Below are positions 14,104-25,267 of a stretch of 64,000 nt of DNA, piece by piece. This stretch comes from Macrostomum lignano (lineage: Eukaryota), in contig NIVC01001239.1 in the NCBI GenBank assembly GCA_002269645.1, positions 1 to 64,000 of the forward strand. Reading direction: 5' to 3'. The position numbers and the translations under genes were made by a program. The first letter of the stretch is position 1; every line of letters starts with the position of its first letter. The notes under the pieces are model-generated. The model ran no database searches. It was not told where the DNA came from and saw only the letters and a program-made list of their open reading frames with translations.

Positions 14104-15414
14104 TGAGGGTTGTTAGGAAAGTCCGCGATCAAACATGCATATCTTTTTTTGAGTCACTACTTTGTCTTGAAACTTTATACCATAGACAAATATCATACCC
14201 TGAATGTTTTAAATCAAGAGTGGTCTTGTTTGAGCCAGGAATTTCCTTCTTGCAGTGTTTTTAGTCACACACGGATTCCATCACTATGCTGAATAACGAA
14301 GAAGCAAAGCGAAGTGTCATTTGGTTTTTGTGGAAACAAGGAAAGCGACAGGCAGAAATTCTTTGCGAGTTGCAAGCAACGTATGGCGAATGCGCACCAT
14401 CAAAAACAATGGTCAACAAGTGGGTGCAACATTTTGAAGATGGCTAGGAGACAGTCTATGACCTTCCACGGAGTGGCCGGCCTGCCACCATGGTCAACAG
14501 GTCAAACATTGAGCTTGTGCATTGTGCTCTAGATGTTGACTGCCAAGCTACAGTGCGAGAGTTGTCAACCATTACTGGCATCTCATCAATGGCCATTCAT
14601 TCAATCCTGACGGTTGAGCTCGGTATGTCACACATTGTTGCTCGTTGGGTCCCGAAACTTCTGACTGACCAGCAGCAGCGAGAGCAGGTCCAGGTGTGTC
14701 AGCAGCTCCTCCAGTCATATTGCAATGATCCCAACTTTTTGGACCGGATTGTGACTGGGGATGAATCCTGGTTTCATTATAGTGAGCCAGAGTCTAAGAT
14801 GCAGAGCAGTGTGTGGAAGGCCAGCCATGAGCCCACACCTGTCAAGGCCCTGACTGCACCTTCAGCTGGCAAGCAAATGGCCACCGTCTTCTAGGACAAG
14901 GAGGTTATTCTGCTCATCGAATGGCTTCCTCGTGGTGCCACAATAAACAGTGAGTACTATATCCAAGTCTTGCAGAAGTTGCGTGAAGCCATCAAGGCCC
15001 AGCGGCGTGGCAAGCTGAGCCGTGGCATCCTGCTTTAGCACAACAATGCCAGGCTGCACACCAGCCAGGCAACAATGGCTGCCATTTCAGACCTTGGCTT
15101 CGAAGTGTTGCCACACCCGCCCTACTTGCCAGACCTCGCACCCAGTGACTTCTGGCTGTTTGGAGAGATTAAAAAAACCCTCCGAGGTCGCCAGTATAGC
15201 TCCTTATAGACCCTGGCATCGGCCATCAACCAGTGGGTCAGGGGGTCACCTGCCAATTTCTATGCTGCCGGCATTGAGAAGTTGCCTGAGAGGTGGCACA
15301 AGTGCATAAGTCTCAAGGGTGCCTACATTGAGAAGCAGGAAGAGTAGCGTTATATTTGTTCAATCCATTAAACTATTAGACACGTTTGATCGCGGATTTT
15401 CCGAACAACCCTCG
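14104..15414 (+). mobile_element. mariner (DD34D) transposon, 1311 bp, TA TSD, inactive
   Basis: ~30-bp TIRs (t/c)gagggttgtt(a/c)ggaaa(g/a)tccgcgatcaaac; TA at 14102-14103 and 15415-15416; YGAGGG-type termini suggest irritans-like subfamily (inference). Confidence 0.92.
14286..15347 (+). pseudogene. mariner transposase pseudogene (354 codons, four in-frame TAG stops, no frameshift)
   Basis: WVPKLLT, IVTGDESWFHY, LL*HNNARLHT (HDNARPH), HPPYLPDLAPSDFWLF. Confidence 0.9.
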
Positions 15415-15572
15415 TACTTTACCTATAAAAATCAAAACTCTATGTGTCTATGTGTCTGTCTGTAAACAATTTTGATTGCTATGGACTCCCAAACTGCTCA
15501 AACAAATTACACCAAATTTTGCACCCACCCTAAACTCACTATGGAGAATTTCTTACACTAACTTTAAATTTA

Positions 15573-15763
15573 GTAGAGAGAAAAGAGGAAAGATAAGAAA
15601 TAAGAGATGAGTGATGAGACAAAAGGAGAGAGAAGTGAGTGAGGAGAGAGAAGGGGAGAAAGAATTGAGAAGACAGGGGAGAGGGGAAAGGGTGAAAAAG
15701 GAGAGGAAAGAGGAGAGAGATTACAGAGGAGAAAAAGAGATAAGATAGGAAAAGCAGCGAGAT

Positions 15764-15795
<32 letters not shown>

Positions 15796-15910
15796 TGAGA
15801 AGAGATAAGAGAGAAAAGAGAAAAGAGAAGAAAGAGAGGAAAGGAAAGACAGGAGAGAAGAAAGAAGAGATGAGAGACAAGAGAGAAGAGAGGGAACAGA
15901 AGAGAAAATA
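15573..15910. repeat. AG-rich low-complexity tract
   Basis: Irregular GAGA/AAGAG runs. Confidence 0.8.
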
Positions 15911-16687
15911 GAAGTTTCAAAGGATGCAAGGGACATAGGCAGAGGCAAAGATAGAGTCCAGAGTTTGCCTGATATTCTACGCAGAACCCTAGCCAACAAT
16001 ATCAATATTTGCCTCAAATCCTAATTTTACACAAATGTATTCTATTTTATATTTAACTCTATCCTAACTATTAACAATTTTTTTGTTTGAGTTTGACCTT
16101 AGATGTTAGAATACATGCAAAAATAGTTCTGGGGATTAGAATTCTGGTTCTTAGTCATTTTTTCATCTGCCATTTTGTCATCTGGGTGTCATGTCTGGGG
16201 TGCTTACCTTGACTATGGTCACTTAATCATCTTAATTAACATGCACTACTTGAAGAGTGCCATTTTGTCATCTACCAGTCATAGCTCGTATTAGTTCCAA
16301 CTTCAAGTGAATTATTATGGCAATCAAATATATTTATTTGGAATCCTAATGATCCCAGTCATTTTGTTATCTTAATTGATAAAACCTGTCAAGTGATTGG
16401 TTCTGCTTACCATAGCTTATGGTTATTAAAAAAATAGTTTACTTTAACTCAAATCACACATAGATTGATTGGTTGATGACCAGGATGGAATTCTTGCTTG
16501 GGGGTAGGAAAATGCGCACGCACGTTTTTTGAGCAGTGTGCAAGCTGTAAAATAAGTCATAATGCAGATCATTATAGCGGGCCCATGCGCTAAAAAATGA
16601 AATTTCTAGTTTTTAAATTTTTACGCCAACATAAATTAGAAAGTTGTACTTTAAGTGTAAAGTAGCTTGAACACTATAATTTTTAGC

Positions 16688-17478
16688 TAGGGGTCAGACG
16701 ATATTGAATTTTCGAGACTTGAGATTGGCCTCTTCGAGATATTCGAGATTTGATTGAGATTTGAGACATATAGTGGAACAGCAAAAAATATTTAATATGT
16801 GAAATAAAGTAAATCCTCTAAATCTGCTACTGGCGGTAGGTCTATTAGACAAGCTCCCGGGATCCCAAGAACCGTCTCCAAAGGCACAGAATTCAAAATG
16901 TTAAATAAAATTTTGCCAACCCAGTAAAACAAAGTATCTGCTAACCATCATTAGCAAACAAAAATACAACTCATTGAAATAACCGGATTACACATTAAAT
17001 ATTCCCATGTGGATACGAGGTACCTAACTGACGAACTAGCAAGACAAAAGAAACCATCAACGTCACAATATGTTGAGTGTTGATCTTGGACGTCAACTTT
17101 AAGTAGCCGATGAATTGCTGGAAAATTAATTGTTTGAAGCAGAAATGCATTACATTACAAATAAATTGAAAATAGTAAATATATTGTTCAAAACAGTGCA
17201 CATTCTCTAATGCAAGCCATGACCATCAGCATCTGTATGCCAGCTATATATAAACTATACATTCTTTGTAACATGCAAAATTTAAACAAAATATTAACAT
17301 TGACACCATCAGGCTTTATGATATGATATTGCATGCTTCTTATAGATTGAAATGTTTTTTTGAACATTTAATTTTTATCTCGAATCTGGACATTTTTTTG
17401 AGATCGTGAAGTTGAGATCGAGATTTGAGAAAACCCTAAGATCTTGGATCTTGAGATCGAGATCTTGTCTGACCCCTA
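16688..17478. mobile_element. Non-autonomous hAT-type element (791 bp)
   Basis: 12-bp TIR TAGGGGTCAGAC / GTCTGACCCCTA; exact 8-bp TSD TTTTTAGC at 16680-16687 and 17479-17486; subterminal (C/T)GAGAT repeats at both ends. Confidence 0.85.
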
Positions 17479-18162
17479 TTTTTAGCAATTTCTTTAAAAA
17501 TTATAAGAGTTTCACTAAACTTTAAAGTAACTTTTTTTGATAAAAAACTATTATTCTTTGTTTTACTTTTGTTTAAAATTCTCTGGCATAAAAACAACCT
17601 TCCAGACTATGAAAAGTAGGAGAACTTAAGTGCGCATACATTACATGGCACATAGCCACGTAGAATGCATGTAAAAGTCAAATCCTATCTATGATTCTGC
17701 GGCAAACAGCTTCTTTGCAAGCGAATACAATGGAGTGTGCACACCTTCTTTAAGAGTGCATAAGTAGGCTCCTTTTCAGTGCACAAGTGTGCACGAATTT
17801 ACCAATTGCGTACAAATGTATAACAACCTAAAGACAAAGTATTCAGCATAACTAAATATTTAGCCACTTTGTCATATTATTTTTCAATCTACTTTGCTTC
17901 TGGTCTTTTTGTTATCTAATATGACAAAATGGAATATGACAATCTGACCAGTGACCAGAATTCCCTGGGTTTAAAATCCACGGGTTTCAACAACTTATTA
18001 GAAAACAAAAATAGTAAAATAGGCCTATTTATTTTTCAAAATTGGATACAAAAATTAATTTGTTGCTTTCTGTAAATAAGGCAAGAAGCTAAAATTAAAA
18101 AATAAGACTTTATTAGGCTAGGTCTATACTATTAAGAGTAAGAGGTTAAAATGTTTATTTAC

Positions 18163-18306
18163 CTTAAGTGCACATTTTTCATTTGTTTTCTTGTTGACAC
18201 ACTCCACAACTTTTCCATTGATACCTAAGCCTAAAACATGATTTGTGAGATTATAATCCTCTGAGATGGAAGTCTTTTTGGGCAATAAAGGACGAGCTAC
18301 TGCCAT
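18163..18306 (-). CDS. MAPKAPK2: MAPK-activated protein kinase 2 (MK2), coding exon 1 of 6 (spliced CDS 1095 nt, 364 aa)
   Basis: MAVARPLLPKKTSISEDYNLTNHVLGLGINGKVVECVNKKTNEKCALK = MK2 glycine loop and VAIK-equivalent Lys; AAG|gtaaat donor in phase 0 joins exon 2. Confidence 0.9.
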
Positions 18307-19121
18307 TTTACTGAGCTATATGGATTTAGGAAAGGAAAGACTAAATTAAATTAATGTTTTAAACTAAACCAGTCTGTCAGTTAATTGGTAGGGCCTAGGC
18401 CTAATAGGCTTTCTAAAGATTCTGTTTCAGATAGGACAGTAGGCCTATAAGCAACAAATCAAAACCTCTGCGGCAACCTCGGCCTCAAGAAAAAACTAAC
18501 TTGGACTATAGTAGAGTGAATATATCTATTCCTATATCTATATCTATATCTATTCCTATTGTAACCAAATTCTCCTACAACAGAAAAACTTAAAGTAAAG
18601 TGCTTCTTAAATGTGCTAAATACGATATTTATATGGTAGATGAATCCAAGATAATTATATTATATGATTGATTGTTTGCCTGATTGCAGTCGATAACGTA
18701 ATAAATTTAATTAAATTTCTATAAGGTAACTAAATTTTAGTTCAATTGTGTAATGAAACTGATATTTCATTGATTTGCAAAACTAAAAAAATTGCCACTA
18801 AGGCCGACCTACTAAAACAAAAATTTCTTTACTTTTAGCGCTACGGTAATGTTTTGCGAAAAGTTTCTGAGGAAAGTTATGTTTTAATACAAAACTCGCA
18901 TTATTTCAGTTCAGGACTTTTTAAATTTAACTTTTACAATTAACAAGTGAAAACTTTTTAACGCATTGTCATCTCGTCTATCTCTGTTGTATTAACCTAT
19001 TGCACGGAAGCACGACTATTTCCCCCAGATGAATTGCCCATCCGAGATTTTCCCTCAGGAGATTTGCCCACCGATGTTTCCCCCCCCCCCGAGATTTGGC
19101 TGCTGAGAGATTTTTCCCGCA

Positions 19122-21417
19122 ATAATGCTTAATTTTTCCTCAAAGAAGGCGACGGAACGCACGCGGGCGGAACGCCGGGGAAGACTGGCGCAACTCGATC
19201 ATGCGCTGGTTCGCACTCGCAAGCGCCGCCGCCGCGTCACCAACTGCGACACAATGGCTCTGCTGGCTCTTCGGTCAGACCCACAGATACTAGATCTAGT
19301 TCTAGTATCTGTGGCTCTGTGCGAGACTTGCGGCTCCACGACCATGCCTAGCTCTATAACAACCGCCAAAGAAGCGGCCTCGCGCTCTGTCGGAGACCCG
19401 CGTCAAGCGTCAATTCGCGGGTGCCTTCGTCGGCGCGCTTGGAGACCAGCGCGAGGCGGAGTATTCCGACATCATATCAGCATCGCCGCTAGAGCCGCTG
19501 CGGAGCAGATGGGCCCGCTGATGCGGCCAGCGCAGAAATCGCTGCCTATTTGGCAGAGCGACCCGACCATCAAGCAGACGCGGCTCAACATCGAGCGACT
19601 CCGCAGAAACCGGCGGCCCACGGGCGACGCTGAAGACGCCTTTCTCAGATGAGCGGCAGCAAGCCGCTGTCGACGACGCCTTCCGGTCCATCACTGCAGC
19701 CGGCCCCGACGTGAAGAGCCGCGGGCAGTGTGAACGGCCGTCCGGACCCTGACGGGGCGCAAAAAGCGCGTGGCGCTGGACCTTGCCGGCGACACCCCGG
19801 AGGAGCGCAGGAATGAATTGCGCGACTTCTTTCCCGGCATCGTGAACGCGCCCGCGTTGCCGCTCCTGCCAGTTTTGCGCTCTCTCTTGACACGCCGCTC
19901 CCAGCTGAGGAGGACTTCTTCACCAGCCCAGTCACCACTGAGGACGTTGCTGTTCGCTCGGAAAACATCAGGCGGCAAGGCGCTCGGCCGCGACGAAGTT
20001 CCGGTCGAAGCGCTGCGGCTCCGCTGTGTGGCCTCCCAGGTCACAGGCGTCATGAACCGCGTGCTCACCGGCGCCCCCGCGCCTACCGAGTGGACCGTCG
20101 TGCACATCGTGCCAATCCCGAAGAAGGCAGGGACAACGCGGAAAGAAGACCACCGCGGGATCTCTCTGATGTCCTGCGCCGCGAAGCTCTTCAACAGGCT
20201 GCTGCTCGATCGTCTGCAGTCGGTGCTGGACCCGTACCTGCGGTACGAGCAGAACGGATTCCGGCCGGAACGCGGTACAGTGACACAGATCCTCGAACTC
20301 CGCCGGGTCATCGAGGAGGCGCGCATCCGCCAGTCTACGCTGATCATTGTCTTCGTTGACTTTCAAAAGGCGTTTGAATCGGTGTTAAGAGCCGCGCTTC
20401 CATTTGTCCTTCGAGCCTACCGGGTCCAGCAGCTAATCGACGCTGTCATGGCGCTGTATCACGACACTCGAGCTGCTGTGGTGACGGCGGACGGCCTGTC
20501 TGACCTGTTCGATACTTCATCAGGAGTTTTGCAGGGCGACACGCTAGCGCCGTTCCTCTTCGTGCTTCTGCTGGACTGGGTGCTTCGGACCGCACTCCCC
20601 TCGGCTGACGAAGGCTTCCTGCTGCGCAGACGTATCGGTCGCCTGAGCGTGCTTGGCTACGCTGACGACCTCGCCCTCCTGTCCTCGTCCATTTAAGGCG
20701 CCCAGCACCAGATCGACAGGCTGGTCGAGGTGGCATCGAGAATCGGTCTGGTTGACAACACTCTGAAGACCGAGGTGCTGACAGGGACGACATCACAGCG
20801 GACCTGACGTGCCGCGGCGCAGACGGGCAGACGACCAGGCTCGCACGCTGCCAGCGGTTCACCTACCTCGGCGGTCTGGTGCCTCACGTGGAGAAAGACC
20901 TCCGGCGGCGCAGAGGACTTGCCTGGGCGGTCTTCCGTTCGATCCGGGTTGTCGTCCAGTCCGAAGCGCTGCCCGACCGCCAGAGGGCTTGCGGCTGTGG
21001 CAGGCGGTGGTCGAAACCGTCCTGCTCTACAACGCCGAAACGTGGACGCTGACGGCTACGCTAGAGCGGCAGCTGGACTCGGCGCACTCAGGGCTGCTCT
21101 GTGCGGCCTTTCGAGCTGATGAGACCGTCGGGACCGAGGCCCTGCGCTGCGCCTTGGTCGTATTAAGCTGCAGCGCCCATCCATCAGCATGCGCCGGCGG
21201 CGACTTCAACTGGCGGGTCACGTAATCCGGGCCGAGGGCTTCTGCCCCCAACCTGTTCAGGACGTTCTGCTGCTCACCTTGCAGGGCCCGTTCAGGCGGG
21301 GGATCAGGCCCAAACCCGTCGCGATACGTGGACTGCCTCCTACGCGACGCAGGGGCGCCCGACACTGCCAACGGGGCGGACTTCGTTCGCTCTCAGGCTC
21401 TGCGGCGCGCCATCTGA
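19122..21417 (+). mobile_element. Degenerate, 5'-truncated RTE-like LINE (end of APE + RT + C-terminal region), many frameshifts
   Basis: AQLDHALV...VTNC...RSD (APE end); IVPIPKK, HRGISLMSCAAKLFNR, EQNGFR, VDFQKAF, GVLQGDTLAPFLF, GYADDLALL; VETVLLYNAETWTL; very GC-rich; no TSD found. Confidence 0.85.
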
Positions 21418-22400
21418 CACACCCTGCTCTAACTGTGACCTTGTCACATTGCATGTGGGGCTGCGTAATTTGTTTTTGTTTTTTCTTGCGGCGTCCCCTG
21501 CATTGCCCCCCCACCAATGCTTTGTACTCTAAGTCTTAAGAAAGAGATTTAGGGGACAAAGCAACATTACAGATGCATGAATTAATCTTTCACAGATGCA
21601 CCTCTGTATGTGATTGTACATCTGTTATACATGTACCCCAATCCTAATGTATGTGTATTGAGCAATATGTGTACATGTACCCGGTTCCCCAGCTAACCCT
21701 AAAAAGAAATGAAAACCTACAAAAATATGCTTTTTATATTCAGCAGTTATCATCGAAACGTTTTGATCGGGTAAATCTCTTTTATTAAGACTTACGGATG
21801 TATTGTACTAAGCAAATGGGGGGCAAGAGAAAATCTAGCTCTGTCGCGTGGAAAAATGCGCTGCAGTAAAAAAGCATTGCCTGGAAAACCTTATTTCGCG
21901 CCGACAAATCTCGGCAGGAAAAGCTTGGCTTCTTGGACAATAAAAAATGATGACTTCATCGCATGTATATGTATCCCTGAACGTCGATGTGATGCAAAAG
22001 TAAATAAATGTAAAAAAGAAATGTAGAGGCCAACTTTTGAAGATGAAAGTCTCTAGTAAAACATTTACTTGACGGCTTTTGTATTTTAAATGTTTATTAC
22101 TGTAAAACGCCTTGACCTTCTATTGATACCAAATGAGAATCTTTCACGGGGATGGGATAGTTTATTGTAGATAATGTTTCTGTATAATCAGTTACTGCAA
22201 GTTTATCTGATATTGCCCGAATCGGTCTACAAAAAGGTCTTATCTGCATGGGCATTAATTTCAGAACTATAAAAGCGACTTCAACTATACGAAAGAAAAA
22301 ATGAGTAATGAATGGGTAAACCGTAGGAAGCTTCCGCTACGAAAGTAACAAAGGAAAAACAAGATGGAGTTCCAACAATTCGCCACTCCGTAAGCATGGC

Positions 22401-22724
22401 CTAGTTGCGCTGGCTCTCGCGGCCGGCCCACAGCTGACCTTTGATCAGCTCGTCGCAGTCGATGCCGATCATGGCTTCGCCCAGGTCTTCGCTAACTCGC
22501 GCCAGAAACTCCGGATCTCTGTAGTGCGTCACCGCCTGCACCATAGCCTCGGCGCGCTTCTGCGGATTGGCGCTCTTGAAGATGCCAGAGCCGACGAACA
22601 CACCGTCCACGCCGAGTTGCATCAGCATCGACACGTCGGCCGGGGTGGCCAGACCGCCGGCGGCGAAATTCACTACGGGCAGGCGGCCCTGACGCTTCAC
22701 TTCTTTGAGTAGGCCGTGAGGCAC
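22401..22724 (-). CDS. PDX1: PDX1 exon 4
   Basis: VPHGLL...[38 protein letters not shown]...LGEAMIGI; TAG stop at 22401. Confidence 0.96.
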   Translation of the reverse strand: MPHGLLKEVKRQGRLPVVNFAAGGLATPADVSMLMQLGVDGVFVGSGIFKSANPQKRAEAMVQAVTHYRDPEFLARVSEDLGEAMIGIDCDELIKGQLWAGRESQRN

Positions 22725-22975
22725 CTTGAGGGGTTGAAATAGTAGTGCAATATAGGTTTATGAGATTTATGAAATACATATTGCGCTACTAGAAATCATA
22801 TAGATATTGTTCAAAAGCTTCTTTAGATATTCTTCAGAGATTGCCTAGGGATTAATCAGAGACTTATCCCAAAGAGTTCCCAAGGGATTGCGCAGAGATT
22901 ACTCCAGCATCAATCTTTGCCCCTTGTTGCATAGAGTTAGTTCGCCTCCAGTCACAAGAACCAAATTCCGCGCAC

Positions 22976-23229
22976 CTGCAGCTGCTTAGCATATGAGTAC
23001 AGTTCGTCGTCGTCCATCACTTTAGCCGCGCGCATCTCCCGATTCAACGCCCTAGCGTGACGCACCGCCTCGATGACGTTGCCGGTACCGGCCTCGCCTT
23101 TGGTGCGCATCATGGCTGCGCCCTCCGCGATGCGACGCAGCGCTTCGCCGAGATTCCGACAGCCGCAGACGAACGGGATCTTGAAACTGTGCTTGTCAAT
23201 GTGGTTCTCTGGATCGGCTGGTGTTAGAA
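22976..23229 (-). CDS. PDX1: PDX1 exon 3
   Basis: (V)[57 protein letters not shown]...; second catalytic Lys in RTKGEAGTG; cag/gtgcg. Confidence 0.96.
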
Positions 23230-23479
23230 CTGTAGAGATTGATCACATTTTTTCAACAGTTAAAAGTGGATTCGATTACTGGTGGATTTGGATAATGGTG
23301 ATCGAAATATGGCGGGAGGCTTTACGTAAGATTTACGCTGATGAAGGTCAAACATCAAGGAGCAGAGCGTGTACATGCACACGCTCCGTGTCGGCCCGAT
23401 GAATTTATATTTTTGCTTCTTTGCCTAACGCCTATTTGCTACAGGGATGTACAGGATAAGGTCATATGACGCAACTCAC

Positions 23480-23681
23480 CCTCCGACTCGTCGATCATGT
23501 CAACTCCGATAGCTTGCAGAATCTGCGCCTCAGCAAAGTGGCCAATTCTGGCTTTGGCCATCACCGGAATTGTGACGGCGCTCATGATCTCTTTGATCAG
23601 CTTTGGATCCGTCATTCGAGCGACGCCGCCCTGCTTGCGAATGTCAGCCGGCACTCGCTCCAGAGCCATCACTGCGCACGC
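23480..23681 (-). CDS. PDX1: PDX1 exon 2
   Basis: [26 protein letters not shown]...[30 protein letters not shown]; catalytic Lys in VMAK; cag/gtgag. Confidence 0.96.
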
Positions 23682-23770
23682 CTGCAACGTAACGGTGGAT
23701 AGAAATTAGTCGACCATAGATTTGCTAAAACCATATGAAATCTTTTATAAATACTGCACTACCATCTTAC

Positions 23771-23899
23771 CCCCGCTTCCTCGGCAATCTTTGCCTGCTC
23801 CGCATTTACAACATCCATGACGAGTCCTCCTTTGGTCATCTTGGCTAGGCCAGTCTTTACCGTGTAGGTGCCAATCACTGAATCGCCGTTGCTGGTCAT
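23771..23899 (-). CDS. PDX1: PLP synthase subunit PDX1 (SNZ/PdxS), exon 1 of 4 (spliced CDS 909 nt, 302 aa)
   Basis: [43 protein letters not shown]; catalytic Asp in MDVV; GGG|gtaag donor. Confidence 0.95.
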
Positions 23900-24572
23900 T
23901 GTTCCGGGAATAAGGTGAAGCTGATGATAAAGGTGAAGTCTAAACTAACGACACGAAACGAATATCGAATGCAGTAGCAGCGACTCTCGCCTAGCGCATG
24001 TGCCGCCTCTTTAAATACTAGCCGTGCATCAGCGCAAAAGTTTTAGCAGCGTTTCTGGCCTGTCTCGCAGCTCATTGGGTCTGCAAATGTCAAGGGGCTG
24101 AGCAAACTTTCGCACTGTACAAACAGGGCTGCCCTCTCCCCCACCGAGAGAAAACGTGGGAAACTCTGCAACTAAATGCAGCCTTTCTCTACACCTGGCC
24201 ACTGTGCTGGGTGAGAGTGCTAACGAACTAGCGAGCAAATAATAGAAAAAACTGAGGGAGCTGAGGTTGTCTGTAATATGCGTTCCTGTGCGCAGAGGCA
24301 GAGAATTTCACCGGGAGTGAACAGTTAATAGCCTTCTGTACCGAGCGGTGCACAACACGCAGACAAATCGCCCAGTCCCAGCTGAGAGGACAGGAAAGTT
24401 AGCCAGCCACAGGTCCCAAGAATTCCGACGGAGGACCGCGTGTTGACTTAACCTGCCAATCTCACAAAGTCTGCTTCTTAAATTTTAATCGTGAGAAAGT
24501 GAGAGAAACTTTTCCATCCGACAGAACCCGAAGAGCAAACATCTGAGCAGAGTTTTCGGAGAACGCGGAGCC
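23900..24572. promoter_or_regulatory. Putative bidirectional promoter and 5' UTRs shared by PDX1 and PDX2
   Basis: 673 bp between divergent ATGs; TATTTAAA on the minus strand near 24012-24019; function inferred from geometry only. Confidence 0.6.
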
Positions 24573-24849
24573 ATGCCTCAACTAAAGATCGGATTGCTAG
24601 CAATTCAAGGTGCATTCATTGAGCACAGGAATCTGCTGGAGTCGGCTGTTGAACAGCTTCAGCAAGAGCAACGGCAGAAGCAGCAGAACTCGAAGGATTG
24701 CTACTCAGTTGAAGCAATCGAAGTCCGCAGGGGCGACCAGCTCACTGAGGACCTTGACGCGCTCATCATCCCGGGCGGAGAGAGCACCACAGTGGCAAAG
24801 TTTATGCAACAAAATGGACTGCTTGATGCATACAAAGTCTGGTTCAGCG
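24573..24849 (+). CDS. PDX2: PLP synthase glutaminase subunit PDX2 (SNO/PdxT), exon 1 of 4 (spliced CDS 693 nt, 230 aa)
   Basis: KIGLLAIQGAFIEH...DALIIPGGESTT; 3' end placed at a GC donor (G|gcaagt) that restores frame with exon 2. Confidence 0.9.
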
Positions 24850-25172
24850 GCAAGTGTACTTTAAATGCTATGGGCAAGGTTGCAAATAATTTTAGTAGCG
24901 CAAAAATATAGGAATTTACCTAGCTTAGCTCTAGAGTTGGGCGCTGTACTATTATTACTCTCAGTCACGTCTTTAGGCTTTGACGAGTCTCAGGTACAGA
25001 TTTCAGAAACATTTCTTAGCATAGACATGTCCATAATTTCCACTGTTTTGAAACAGCAGAAAAAATTTCCACTTTATACGTAGAAAAGAACTCAGATCAG
25101 TTTTTTAAAAGAGTAACAAGCTACATGTAAGCTTCACTGACATCCATGTATGCTACCTGCACTGAACTGCAG

Positions 25173-25267
25173 AGACCAACCCCAGAGCGGTTGTCTGGGG
25201 CATCTGTGCCGGCCTCATTGCTCTGTCAGATCGAGTGGTCGATATGAAAACTGGCGGTCAGACTTTG
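25173..25267 (+). CDS. PDX2: PDX2 exon 2
   Basis: (E)TNPRAVVWGICAGLIALSDRVVDMKTGGQTL with catalytic Cys (WGxCAG); ctgcag acceptor, TTG|gtaag donor. Confidence 0.92.

Noticed and set aside
14286-15347. All four transposase nonsense codons are TAG, suggesting RIP-like CpA mutation or amber readthrough
   Set aside because: TAG is the expected single-transition product of CAG/TGG; the catalytic Asp is also mutated, so the copy is simply dead
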